A DNA stretch of 64,000 nt, from assembly GCF_009914755.1 (NCBI RefSeq), contig NC_060942.1. One strand, given 5' to 3'. Of the stretch, positions 40,516 through 53,598 are shown in pieces. This DNA comes from the human T2T-CHM13v2.0 reference genome, Homo sapiens. Each line of letters opens with the position of its first letter. Position 1 is the first letter of the stretch. Under the pieces are notes generated by a model. That model searched no databases and had not been told where the DNA came from. It saw only the letters and a program-made list of their open reading frames with translations. The position numbers were made by a program, and so were the translations under genes.

Positions 40516-43405
40516 TCAAAGAAAATACAAGGTACAAGAGAAGATAACCCTCTAAATTCTGGAACCTGCACATGGTAAGGAAAAAAAGAAAACTGAGTAA
40601 TAGGAATAAAATGGAGAAGCTGCCTGGCTCACAAGGATTTCAGCAATACCGCTATCCTCATAACCCTCTACTCCTCAAAAATCCTTTGAGTAGGCACCAT
40701 TGCTCTCTCTACTCTCACTTATTATATGGTACTCATGAGCATTGGTTGACCCCATCTCATGGGCCACTGTGCTTGGTTTAAGGGTGCACGTGAGACTCAA
40801 GCTGAGATATTCAAAATAATCCCTCAGAATTTTCAAACTGTAACTGAGAGCAGAAAACTCCTTTTTTTTTTTTTTTTTAATGAGAAACTGGAAATATGTG
40901 AACCAAAGGCTGGCCAAAGCTCTCTAAACTACTATATGGGTGAAACCGTGTATAATAAGAGAACATAAAGCTTCCCCACAAAAAGGTACAAAATGTGCCA
41001 AATGCCTGTTTTAGTTTGTCTCAGCTTTACCATTCATGGTTTTGTATATGACCTAATCATTGCTTTTTCTATTTCTCACCTGAGTTTATTATTTTTGTCT
41101 TGCCTATGTATTCAAAATTGCCTTTTATGTATGTGGAGATCTGAGCAGTCTTGAAGCCAATCAAAATCTGAATGTTCAGCAATCCCTACAATTGAGAAAT
41201 ACCTACATTGCTTACATTTGGGGATAATTTTGGTATTCAAGGGAAATTCCTTTACTAAATGCAAAGTAAGTACATAAGCTTCAGGTCCTTTTATATTCTA
41301 ATTATCTCAATAAGTTGTCCAAAAAATAAGTGGAAACAAGAATGAATAATATTTCCAAAAGTCTCTTGCAAGAGAAACAAATTTGTAAATTTAATAAATA
41401 TCAATTATAAGTCAAGTGAACCTAATGAAAACAAGATCATTATTGTGCAATATAGAGCATGTGTTTACTTAAAACTTTTATCTGTCCATCACTATCATAA
41501 TTCCAGAACCCTTTTGGACATTTTTTGGTTACTTGTTTTCATTTTTGAGAAGTCCAATACCGGTAAAATTTTTACTAGAGGTAGTCGCTAATTTACCAGA
41601 GTTTCATTTTCATTTTCTCGATAAGATTAACTGCCCCGAACTTCTAGTAATTTTATTTATGTTCACATTTTCTCTGGTCCCCAAATACTAAACTATCTCC
41701 ACCTTCACTCCAGCGAACTCGCCTTCTATCAGCTCTTCCTGGGTTAGCCAAAGAGTAATTGTTGACTTATTTCAATACAATCATTCCAAACTGGAAATAT
41801 TAGCATTTTCCTAATTCATGACATAGATTTATCATTTTACACAATTAAATATGTCTTGCATTCTATTTCTCAATGATTTTTATTACCTGAATTCTGAAGG
41901 TAAAATATAACAGAAGTTGAGATTATACAATAAGAGAAATAATTACCTTGCATATGTCTCTAGAGAATATAGAAGAAAGTCAGAGAAAGAGAAATGTCTT
42001 TTGTTGTCAAGATTATTTTTTGTTATTCTTTTTACTTGTGGGAGCAAAAAGTAGCTCCAGAAAAAAGAGAGATCGTTATCAATATTTGAAAATAAGAAGA
42101 TGAATAATTTTGCCAATATTCTTGCATTGATGCAACGATTATATATCAATTTCAAAGAAGGAGCAGTTAGGTACATTCAATTCTCTAACTCTGAGTGTCT
42201 TCAGAAACAATTTTTGATCTTTAACTCTTATGATTTCGTCTTTTTTAGAGACTGCTGAGGTGACCATCAGGGATAATATAAGCCTATTTATTTGCATTTT
42301 TAAGCCCTGGAAAATTACACATGGCAGGCTCTCCTGCATCTGTGAATTCATGGAAGATTCATTGGTGGGTCCCAGAAACAATGGCAGGACACTCAAAATT
42401 AGGCTTGGGTTTTTAAAATGGAAAAGTGAACTACATCCCAATATAATATCGAAATAGACGTGGAAAATTTAATATTTTTTACTAATTCCCATAAACAATA
42501 CTAATGTAGATAGTGCATACTGATGTTATTCTACTTCCACTCTAGGAGTCAGAAGATACAATTTTGAGGATGTGCAATATCTTGATGTTTTTCAAATACC
42601 ACTAACTGTCTAATAGGTAAAAGAAAATGCATGTGTTTCTATCATTTTATGAACATAAAATTAATTTTAACTTCCAAAATTATGTTTATCCACCATTTGT
42701 AAATACATTATAATATCTATGTTGAAGGAAAGATTGAACATTTTGCATGGAAATAAGCATGTTTAATTACATTTTCAGCCAAAATGATAAAAATTGCCAT
42801 TCTTTTTGCCAATATCTATACTAGAGATTAATTTTGCTCTAAGATTCTATGCTTATATTTTCAAAAGTCATGTTCTACTTTCATAAGCTCACTTCTCTAC
42901 AGTGCACACATCTTTGCAACTAAAGAGTTCAAAAGGGCAAGGACTAGAGAGAAGAGCTTGCAATTCTCAGATTAAATAACTTTTAATAAACTCAAGGAGG
43001 ATATAAAGAGGATATTTGAGGAATTTTTAAAACTCAGTGCTTATAATTATTTTTAAATTTTCTGCTAAGTATAATAATCATAAATTTCCTTGAGGTGAAG
43101 GCATTTTCTAAGATTCTGCTTATATAAGCAATCACATGGAAACAGAACTGTGCAGTGTCTCTACTATGATGACTAAATCTAAAGCTTCTTACTGTGGTTC
43201 TGAAGTGGAAATTGGGCTAAAAATGAAGGAATAGCATAAGAAGAGAAAAGTTATCTTACTCCAGAGAGTTTAAAAAATATTAGAAAAAGATACAAAGAAT
43301 AAGACTTGATAAATTAGAGAAAGTGGCTAAAGCTGACAGTAACACCAAGGAGACCTGAATTTTTACCCAAAATTTATTCAGTGACATTCGGTTCAAATGT
43401 GAACC

Positions 43406-43507
43406 TTAAGGGCAAGTTGTATAAATGTATATCAGATGGGAGAAAGGAATAATTTTAAGGGCAAGTTGTATAAATGTATATCAGATGGGAGAAAGGAACA
43501 ATTTTAA
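43406..43507. repeat. 49-bp tandem duplication
   Basis: ttaagggcaagttgtataaatgtatatcagatgggagaaaggaa(t/c)aatt, two copies, followed by ttaa. Confidence 0.95.
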
Positions 43508-43745
43508 ATATATTACCATGTGAGATTTTAATCATGTAGGATTTTTTGAGGGGGTGAATGTAGCACTAGCATGGATTTTCAGACACACATAAAGCTAAAA
43601 TGTATATATTTTAAAATTATTTATTATTTTCACTACCTCTAAAACACTTGAGCACCCATACGGTACAAAGCATTTTTGATTTACAAACAAAAATTTAAAA
43701 AAAAAAAGAACTGAGCAAACGAGTATGATAGTCAAGGAAAGGCAA

Positions 43746-43748
<3 letters not shown>

Positions 43749-43783
<35 letters not shown>

Positions 43784-43813
43784 TTTATATACTATATATA
43801 AAATCTATCTATC

Positions 43814-43854
<41 letters not shown>

Positions 43855-43881
43855 CCTATCTATCATCTATCTATCTATCTA
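43749..43881. repeat. (TG)n plus a complex (TCTA)n STR
   Basis: (TG)n at 43749-43778; interrupted (TCTA)n at 43803-43881. Confidence 0.95.
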
Positions 43882-45552
43882 CTGAAAAACCCAGGGTAGG
43901 GGAATCTATTGAAATTGTGCAGAAAACAGCCCTGCTCTTCCAGGCAGAGCTAATTAAATAAAATTAATGAAAATGAAATAAATTACATCTCATTATATGA
44001 TTCAATTATTATTACAAATATTTATTAGACTCATACTATGAGCCAAATACTATATTAAGTATTAGACAAAGATAAATAAAATGTGCACCATTCCTTCAAA
44101 GGATATAATAATCTGTCTTAGGTTACTCAGGCTATATGCATTCATTAGTTTCTTTCCAGGATTTTAATAAAAGCTTCACCCACATTTTTCAAATGTGATG
44201 GATTACCAGAACTTTTACTCTGTTAATCATAGATTTTTTTGATAACATTGTTTAAAAGTTCAATTTTTATAAATTTAATTTTCTCTAAATTAAAATCTTC
44301 CAATTAAATATATTTAATTTAGATGGCAAACAGAGACGTCCATGCTCCTGAAAATAAATTATTTTGTCAATGGACTTTTCATTTTAACAATGGCATTGAA
44401 TGATCATGTGCATTTGGAAAAGGGAGTATTCTTGAATTCATATTTTGTTCTACTTCTAAAATGAAATTTTCCGAAATACTGTAGTGATGCAGTTTCAACA
44501 TTGGAATGATGAGGTATAGTTTCTAAGACTAATGAGGTTGTAATTTGAGAGAGTTTATGCTTTTAATTACACTTGTTATCTCTTTCATGTCAGACCATAG
44601 TTCTTTCAGACTAAGTCAAATTTTTGGTGACCTGATGTTAGTTTATGGTGATACAAGCACTCAGGAAGCAGGAAGAAATACAATCAAACAGTAAAGAATA
44701 CAGAATGTTTTTGCAACACTGGGCTCTCAGTGTTGGAAAGCTGATATATGACACAGATAAACTCAGTCTGTACATCAGATAAGGCAACTCATTCTGGGAA
44801 GAAAAAAAAAAGTGTTCTACTCTCCCGAAGAGCCAGAGTTGAATCCAGGACAATCTCCATTTTTTCAAAGCATGCATTTGGCCAAAAACTACTACAAGCC
44901 TGTGTGAATAGGGAAGTGTTCATAAATATGTCTTTTGCATACAAGCAAAAGATAAAATTCCAGTTTTGAGTGATATTAAGAAAAAACTTTGCAAAGAGTA
45001 TACATGACTGGACATGTAATGGTTATTGTAATAACTAATGATTGTTTTTCTAGATCTTTATTTTGCATGTCTCTCTGAAGCAGTGAATGTCACTCACCAC
45101 CTTCTTAGAACATCTTACTTGGTTTCCTGGGCAATGCATTTTCCTTGTTTACTTGTATCTTCAGCTTCCTGGGCTGGCTGATGGTTCTTCAAGCCTGGAC
45201 TCTGCTATCTTCTGTGCAGTGACATATGTTTTCCTACAGCATTTTTTTTTTTCCTTGTATGACTTTCGTCCTAACTGCTCTACAAATCAGCACTCCTGTG
45301 TATAGCTTATGCCCATAAAACTAGAACAACAATAAAAACATTAACAATTCTTACCTGAAGTCACTATTTTCTTTCACTTTTGCCCCTTTTCTCATGACTA
45401 TCTAGCTCTGGAAACTATGATGCTGCCTAAATCCCACTTTCTCACAATATTTCCTGTCATAATGTATTTAAAACTCTCTCGGAGCCTACCTTCCCACTAC
45501 CACATCCTGGTAGTGTCTATTATCTCCTTAGTTAGCTAAAATGCTTATCTGG

Positions 45553-45854
45553 TTTTATTTTATTTATTTTTTTGGAGACAGTCTCGCGCCTCTGCCCAGG
45601 CTGGAGTGCAGTGGTGTGATCTAGGCTCACTGCAACCTCCGCGTCCCGGGTTCAAGTGATTCTCCTGCCTCAGCCTCCTGAGTCGCTGGGATTACAGGCA
45701 CGTGCCACCACATCTGGCTGATTTTTGTGTGTTTAGGAGAGACTGGGTTTCACCATGTTGGCCAGCCTGTTCTGGAACTCCTGACCTCAGGTGATCTGCC
45801 CGCCTAGGCCTTCCAGATAACTGGGAACACAAGCGTGAGCCATTGTGCCCAGAC
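45553..45854 (-). mobile_element. AluSx/Sz
   Basis: Full dimer with a T-rich tail on the left. Confidence 0.93.
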
Positions 45855-46164
45855 TATTTTGTTTTAATTACCTCTCTTCTCCCAAGCTTTTCGTTAGTCA
45901 CTTTCAGAAAAATTTACTTAACATACTATTTGCATCATCTTGCATAAACAATTTGAATTTTACTTATATGAAAATCTAAAAACTAGAATCTTTTATTAGA
46001 TTTCTTTATTTTAGTCACAGTTATAATCATTGTTAAATAAGTGATTACCAATCATACGGGCATAGCTATTGAAGCCTAGTATGGGAACCCAATGAATAAA
46101 TATAAATTTATGATTAACTTTTTAATTTTAAGGAAAATAATGTAGTTGTACATATTTAATATAC

Positions 46165-46330
46165 TAGCCATAGCACAGTAGTTAAAAGAGAGTCTTTAGA
46201 GTCAGACAAACCCAGAATTTGTATTATGACTCTGCCCTTACTGACTTCTAAAAGTAGATTAAACCAATAAAATGATTGGTCTAGAGCCTACCTCAAAGCA
46301 ATGCTCAATAAACAGAAGGTATATTATTGG
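46165..46330 (+). mobile_element. MIR fragment
   Basis: 'atagcacagtagttaaaagagagtctttagagtcagacaaacc...ctctgcccttact...tgctcaataaa'. Confidence 0.7.
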
Positions 46331-46945
46331 CATGATTATCATTCTGGACTTGGGATATGGTGTTCACCTATAAGCCATAATAAATCTTATTGTGATCTTA
46401 TGTTCTACAATTTTCCCACTTTCTCACTTATTACCTTTCTATATACTAAAGTGGTTGCCCGCAAGTGCTTGTTTGTTCCAGAGGTTTACTTTTGAACCAA
46501 AAATACTTTTAATTTCTTTGAATATCTTCCAAATAATTAATTATTATTTGACGTCAGAGTCAAGTACAAGGCTACTACAGCAATGTATCAGAAAAGAGTG
46601 CTGAATCATAACATAGGAAGACATTCTGTAAAAGAAAACAGCCCACAAAATCCACCCTATTTGTTAAATCTACATTCAGTGCCATTTGTCAGCTTGATTT
46701 TCAGATATTAGTATTTCATTTGTTGATAGAGCATAAATACAAAAAACATTCTCTTAACACTGTTTTTTGTCCTTCGCGTATTGAAATATTTTTTAGTCTA
46801 CACATGTGTAATTTCTGGTCTTCAAAGAAACAAACAAACAAAAAGTACCTATGATATACATGGTATTTTCTTAAGAATCTTGAAAACAAAATTTGGTAAT
46901 AGAAATAATGTTAATCACATTCTGACTATTAAAGTGTTACTAGGA

Positions 46946-47256
46946 GACTGGGCGTGGTGGCTCACGCCTGTAATCCGAGCACTTTTGGAGGCCGAGGCGG
47001 GAGGACCATGAGGTCAGGAGATGGAGACCATCCTGGCCAACATGATGAAACCCCGTCTCTACTAAAAATATAAAAATTAGCTGGGTGTGGTTGTGTGCAC
47101 CTGTAATCCCAACTACTCAGGAGGCTGAGACAGGAGAATGGTTTGAACCTGAGAGTTGGAGTTTGCATGTTGCAGTGAGCCGAGATCACACCACCGCACT
47201 CCAGTCTAGGTGACAGAGCAAGACTCCGTCTCAAAAAAAAAATTAAAAAATAAAAA
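46946..47256 (+). mobile_element. AluSc-like
   Basis: 'atgaggtcaggagatggagaccatcctggccaac'. Perfect 15-bp TSD taaagtgttactagg at 46930-46944 and 47257-47271. Confidence 0.95.
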
Positions 47257-49582
47257 TAAAGTGTTACTAGGTTGGTGAGAACTCTATTTTCTATCATACT
47301 TTCATCAAATAAAAAACTCATGAATGTTCTCTGGATATTTCAAACAATTGCCTAATACTTTTAAAATAACAGAAAAGACATTATTTGATAAGCAAAGGAA
47401 AATTTGTACTCTATATTACTGCCAAATTTCCACCAAATTTGGTATATTTCCATGACATTTTTATATCCTTAGTTTTTAAGGAAACATCCCATATTTGTAT
47501 TCTTGAGTTAATCATGGTTTTATATTAACCCATCAACTGTATTAGTTGTTTACATACAATAAAATTTTATAAACTTAGATTTAGACAGACTATTTCAAAT
47601 CAGCTTACTGAACTCTTATTTTTTGTCTCATAAAATTATGATAAATTTTGCTACACAAAAATAATGGCTCCCTCATTAATATTATACATTCAACTCAAAC
47701 TAGTTGGCCAGCACAGGACATTGTGTACATACAAAACAAATTTTACGAAGCTGAAATTCTCGAGAAAAGGCAAAGGGATCCTGCGTTGCCAAACCCTTAC
47801 CTTAGTCTACATCACGCTCCACCCATTCATTCTTGATATAGCAAAGTACTTAAAACTATTATCAGAATATCTAATTATTTTCAAAATAAAGAGGCCTCAT
47901 TCTAAAAACGATAAAAAGTCTAAGTTATTATAAGAGTGCCCAGAAAAATATCATTTGAAGCTATTTTAGCAAAATAATCTTGGAAGATTTTTATCCTAAA
48001 AAATGAAGAGAGTACATCTAAGGATATAGATAACTGAATTAGCACTCATCCATTATGGCCAGGTATAAAGCATTTCTTAAGCAATAAGTACTTCTTGCTT
48101 ACTAAATAATAAATGTAACAGTGAGAACACACAATGGCAGTATCTAGAGAGATTTAAATCTTGCTTTCTGTAGTGCCTTTGGGGCTTAGAGCATTCAGCT
48201 TCCATCTGGCAGCCTTTCTTCTCCTTGACTTCTAGTCCTTGTAAAACGCAAAGCAGACACACTAGTCAACAAAAACAATTTACGTTGCTCTTAATGAAGA
48301 TCACAGTTTTACTAGGTTTGTTTAAAAAATGGAATGCTACTAAGTATAGGATATTTAAGCAACACTTGAAAAAAGATACATACATATGCATATGTGTGTG
48401 AGACCATGTTATATACAACAGAAACATATGTATACAAGATCTTATAAACTATACACATGATATATAAGACATGGATCATGTAGTACCCATACGTAACAGT
48501 CTCTTTATTATGTGTAGAAAATGCTTACATTGGCTCATACAGTTAAGGTCACAAGCATAAAATATAGCCATTTTAAAAATTTATCCTAATTTTTTGTTGA
48601 GACTCTTGAATGTTTTTAAATGTCCTGGACAATCATAGATGGTGCCATTTATTTAACGACAAAGATGTTTTATCTTTTGCAGAGATATCTGCTAAGATAT
48701 AGCTGGGAATAATTTAATTTTCAGTGATGTAAGGAAGTGCAGTGTCTTCATTCTGTATCCCAATGTTTTTCTCATCTTGATTGGATCTCTTTGTGTGCAG
48801 CTTGTTTGAGACTAAACCAATCTGTCATTGACTATCGGGCTCCTGCAAACAACTTTGTGGAAGAGTAAAACTTTTGTTGGATTATTTGTTTCATGAATTT
48901 TGCCAGAGAAGCTCAGTTTCCTTACATTGTTCTACTAAGCTTTTCTTCTTGCATTCTTGAAATGAAAAATTAAACTATTACAGGCATGATATAGCTTACC
49001 TATTTCTTGCTGTGCATTTACGTATTGTATCATCTAAAATAAATCAGCCTTAATTTGAGTATATAACAAGTTGTCTCCATTTTTACATCCAGCTCTTTAA
49101 AATGTTTTATTTATATGTGTTCATGTGTTTCTGTACTACCTTACTATACTAGTTTTCATCCCAATCATTGTTTCTGAAAAGTACAAATTGTCCTCTACTT
49201 GTTTTATAGTCACTGCTCCTTACCTGAATTGATTATGGAACACAGCTACACATTGAAAGAGCAGTATTTGTTACTACCCGAAAGATGAAGATCCACCAGG
49301 AGGGATTCTGTGTCAAGATGTTTAAGGTCTAAACTCTCAAAATAGAAAATAAGAAGGTAATGTGTGCCAAGGCTTACCTACTGTGTATCTCGTCAATTCT
49401 ACGTGCTGACTTCCTTTTAAAAAGTGATAGGTTCTGCCTTTGACCTTTAATACATATTTATTTTTTTACATACATGAAAACATTTAAAACTTAGTTACAG
49501 CATTCATCTCTGTTTCTCTAACATCTCATTTCAGCGACAAAAATAGTCCCTGGGCCAGGTGGTCTGATCTCAAAATACATAC

Positions 49583-50056
49583 GGCGTCAGTTCAGGCTCT
49601 TCTAGATAGAGATGACAAAATGAGATTAGACGCTCAAGAAATATATTGGTGGAAATGCCTGTGAAAATTGAACGCAGAGAGATCCAGAGCAGATTCTTCT
49701 TTCTGAATTTCAGATCTGACTTCTATGCAAGGAGACTGAAAGGATAGAGGACTGGGCAGGAAGAACCTCAGCACAGGGTGGATCTGAGAACATTTCAGCT
49801 AACCTGACTGGGAGTCCTCAGGCAAAAGTTGCCCATATGAACACGACTGCGACAGCGGGGAAGAAAGCCCATTAGCACTGTCCTTGACATACCCTGTCAT
49901 TGGCTTGGAGCAGCCCAGTGGAAATTTGGTTAAGGATTAAAATCCAAGATGCATCCAAATGTGTAGCAGCTGGGGTCTGTCCATCATCTATGCCCTACAG
50001 TAAGTTTTTCTAAGGTGGAGTTGGGGTATTCATGGAGCACCTTCATGGCTGCCTCA
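49583..50056 (-). mobile_element. ERVL LTR, LTR16A/B-like
   Basis: Reverse complement begins 'tgaggcagccatgaaggtgc' and contains 'ccccagctgcta', 'agccaatgac', 'gggcaacttttgcc'. Confidence 0.75.
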
Positions 50057-51117
50057 GATACAAAAATTTTCATATTTTCTTTCCTTTTTTTTCCATTATT
50101 TAAATCCTTACCATAGCATTTCACTTTATTACAAAAGACTCATCGTATAAACCAATTGCTATTTCTAAATGTTTAGTAACAGAGCTATCTTTCTCTTTAT
50201 GTATATACCTAAATGATTGGATCTACTTGTTATGTAAACAACCATTGCCCTCCTGTCGTGCACACAGGAAGACAACTGTACATCTTAAAGCTGATAACCT
50301 CAGCTTAATATTCTTCTTAAGAAAGTCAAATCAAGAAACTGTTCCATATAAATAAGGTGAAAGCCAATTTACATTTCTTTTCCTCAAGAGTATCTTCAAT
50401 ATTCTTATGGATGACACTAAATAATTCCATTTAACAGTTAAGTTCACCTAATTACATGGGCATATATCTTGAATTTTAGATCTTTATAGAACCACTGAGT
50501 TGAAGACTTTTCATTCACAGCTAAATCATTTTTATAAATCTGGCCAAGGTTATTTTTACCATAGTGGGGGTAGGTTAGTAATTTTTGTTCACAAAATTTT
50601 TCATGCCTAATTTTTGGTATAGGATGTTGAGGCTTTAATCAAATCTACTTTAGAGCAGTAAATATGCTTAAAGCCATATATATTTAAGGGAAATTTTAGA
50701 CCTGCCTCCAGAAAAACTTGCCATCATCTGCAGAGAATAGGTGTCCCTGTATCCAGGCACGAATTGTACTTTTCTTAAAAAAAATGTCAACTTTGAAATC
50801 TGTATACTTAGCTCGTAAAGTCCATACTTTTTTTTTTAAAAGTCACATGTCCATCTATAACTCAAATAACTGAACTCCCAGTAAGTGTGAGAAAGCTTTT
50901 TAAAGTTGTTTGCCAGTTGACTTCTGTAACATGACTAACATCTAATGGGGATAATGTAAAAGATATTTAAACATCATTTTCTCTAATTTAAGCACTATTG
51001 TTATATATAAATCATATATAAACTGGTGTGATAACCACAACTCAAATCTTAGAGGCTTAATATATGAAGATTTCTTTTATTCATATCACATTTCCTTGAA
51101 GATTAGGGGGTGGATAC

Positions 51118-51668
51118 TGAAGAAAATAAAAATACTTTAACCTCAAATGTATTTCTTTGATATTTTTTGAAATGGCTGCCACAGAGCCAGCAGACAGACG
51201 TGGCCACGCATAGCTATCTTTTGCGGGAAATCTTTGCCTCTGTAGAGAATCTGCACTAATGCAGCCTGGCCTTCCCATTCCAGGCCTTTCCTGGATCCAG
51301 AAGAGATTGAGAATCTGACCCTTTTAAAAGTCTAAAAAGAAACATTTACCATTTATTCTAAGGGCTGCTACTTCTGAGGCTTCATCCGTATCACAAGGCC
51401 GCCTTTGCTAGCCAAGCGCCTTCCTTTCCTCCTCCCTTAAACTGTCTTGCTACTAAAACCTGTTTTTGTCCATCCCGTGAGCCTATGTTCTTTCTATAAC
51501 TTCAAGATGGTATAGAAGTTTCTGTACCTTGTTGGGTGTTGGGTCTTCATTCTAAGTCTCCCTTGTATAGACACATTAAATAAATGTGTATGTTTTTTCT
51601 CCTATTCTTCAATTTGCCTCATGACAGTGATTTTTCAGCTGACCTTTAGGGGGCCGAGAGCCAGGGAA
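51118..51668 (+). mobile_element. ERV1 MER4-group LTR (MER39-like)
   Basis: 'tgaagaaaataaaaatactttaacctcaaa', 'ctgtagagaatctgcac', 'aagaaacatttacca', 'gattttcagctgacctttagggg'. Subfamily uncertain. Confidence 0.75.
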
Positions 51669-51990
51669 ATACAGACATTTTTGAGCAGGATTGGCCTGTA
51701 CCACATTTTGTAGCAAGCAAGTTTAACAAAATGTCTTATATCACTTCAGGGTTGAGCAAAAACATTTTCACAGAACTATGACCTCTCCTTCATACTTGGC
51801 TTTTATGAAATTTTATTATAGTACACAGTTACAAAAAAGTGTTTCTTATCCTTTCTCTATCTGTTCTTGAAGGTATGGGACATTGTTTTTCAATTCATGT
51901 TTGTAATATCCGATTGTATTAGAATATTTTACTCTATTACACTTCAAATTGCTTTATTTGAGAATGATAACTTTTTTGAAGTATTGTACA

Positions 51991-52665
51991 TTTTATTTTA
52001 TCTTATTTTAAGTCCTGGGATACACGTGCAGGATATACAGGTTTGTTACTTAGATAAATGTGTGCCATGGTGGTTTGCAGCATCTATCAACCCATCACCC
52101 AGCTATTAAGCCCAGCATGCAGTAGCTATTTTTCCTGATGCTTTCCCTCCCTCTGCCCCGTGACAGGCCCCAGTGTGTGTCATTCCCCTCCCTGTGTCCA
52201 TGTGTTCTCATTGTTCAGAACCACTTATAAGTGAGAACATGCAGTGTTTGGTTTTCTGTTCCTGCATTAGTTTAGTTTGCTGAGGATAATACTGAGGATA
52301 ATCCATGTCCCTACAAAGAACTTGATATCATTCCTTTTTATGGCTGAATAGTATTCCATGGTGTGGACCACATTTTCTTTTTCCAGTTTATCACTGATGG
52401 GCATTTGGGTTGACTTCATGTTTTCGCTATTGTGAATTGTGCTGCAATGAACATACACATGTGTGTATCTTCATAACAGAGTAATCTATATTCCTTTGGT
52501 TATATACCCAGTAATGAAATTGCTGGGTCAAATGATATTTCTCGGTCTAGGTCTTTGATGAATCGCCACATTTGAAAAAAAGCTCAACATCACTGATCAT
52601 TAGAGAAATGCAAATCAAAACCAAAATGAGATACCATCTCACACTAGTCAGAATGGTGATTATTA
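51991..52665 (-). mobile_element. L1PA8-11-like 3' end (51991-52570, -) with an inverted ORF2 piece (52571-52665, +)
   Basis: 'gtgccatggtggtttgc...tattaagcccagcatgca' on -. The junction 'gaatcgccaca|tttgaaaaaaagctcaacatcactgatc' switches strand. Confidence 0.9.
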
Positions 52666-52823
52666 TTATTATTATTATTATTATTATTGTTGTTGTTGTT
52701 GTTATTATTAACTGTAGAGACAACAGTCTCACTCTATGATCTTGAACTGCTGGCCTTAAACAACTCTCCTGCCCTGGCTTCTCAAAGTGCTGGAATTACA
52801 GCTGTGAGCCTCTGCACCCAGTC
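52660..52823 (-). mobile_element. FLAM/AluJ left monomer with an (ATT)n(GTT)n tail
   Basis: 'tcttgaactgctggcc...caaagtgctggaattacagctgtgagcc'. Confidence 0.85.
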
Positions 52824-53386
52824 AAGTACTATATCTTAATCTGAGGATATTGCTTCTGCCTTGCAGTCACCTGGGGAGAGCTAAAGAGAAAGGACACTCT
52901 GAAGCAGTGTTGTTCAATAAAGGAGGAGCTGGAAAGAGCTTTTCAGAGCCAGTCATGGTTTCAAACTGGGACCCAGAAGTCCCCAATGCTCTCTACAGCT
53001 AATTACACTTTACGTCAGTCAGTAGACTAAGACAGCAAGCAAAATGGAATATGTGCTTCCCTTATCCATCATCATTCCTACTGACCAAGAAAGCTGTAAT
53101 GTTCCCCCTCAACTGGATTAATCTTCACACAGGATGCTTCCTGACTCTAGGCCCCAACTCCCTCTTTACAGAACATTTACTCTAGAAAACTTGTATTGTA
53201 AACTCTTTATTTGTCCCTTTGAGATGTAAATATGTTTGAAAGCCTCTTTCCTATTTTACAGTGCAGGACTTTCTTTCTGAATGCCCTAGGAGCAATCTCT
53301 TTGAAATCAAGAAAGGTAGCAGCCTAACTCCCAGTCTCCATGAGAGGGTAGGAGTCTAACTTTGATGGGCACCAATTAGCAAACAC

Positions 53387-53471
53387 ACTCCACTCCAGCT
53401 TTTAAAACCTCCTGAACTCCACTCCAGCTTTTAAACTCCCCTGAACTCCACTCCAGCTTTTAAAACCTCCC
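53387..53471. repeat. 29-bp unit x3 minisatellite inside the LTR
   Basis: actccactccagcttttaaa... starting at 53387, 53416 and 53445. Confidence 0.92.
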
Positions 53472-53598
53472 CAGCTTTTTGTCTCAGTTAAGTTGAGCCC
53501 AAACTGAGTTCCGGCTGGGGTATTCTCTCTCTTCTAATGTAATTGTATTCAATAAAGTCTTCTTTACATGGTTTGTTTGATTAATTTTATTGTATATG

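Noticed and set aside
40438-43507. TTAA at the start of both tandem duplications, suggesting piggyBac footprints
   Set aside because: No TIRs; piggyBac excises precisely; TTAA is frequent in AT-rich DNA.
53387-53471. 29-bp direct repeats suggestive of CRISPR
   Set aside because: No spacers, only three units, and located inside a primate LTR. No CRISPR or prokaryotic system is present in the window.
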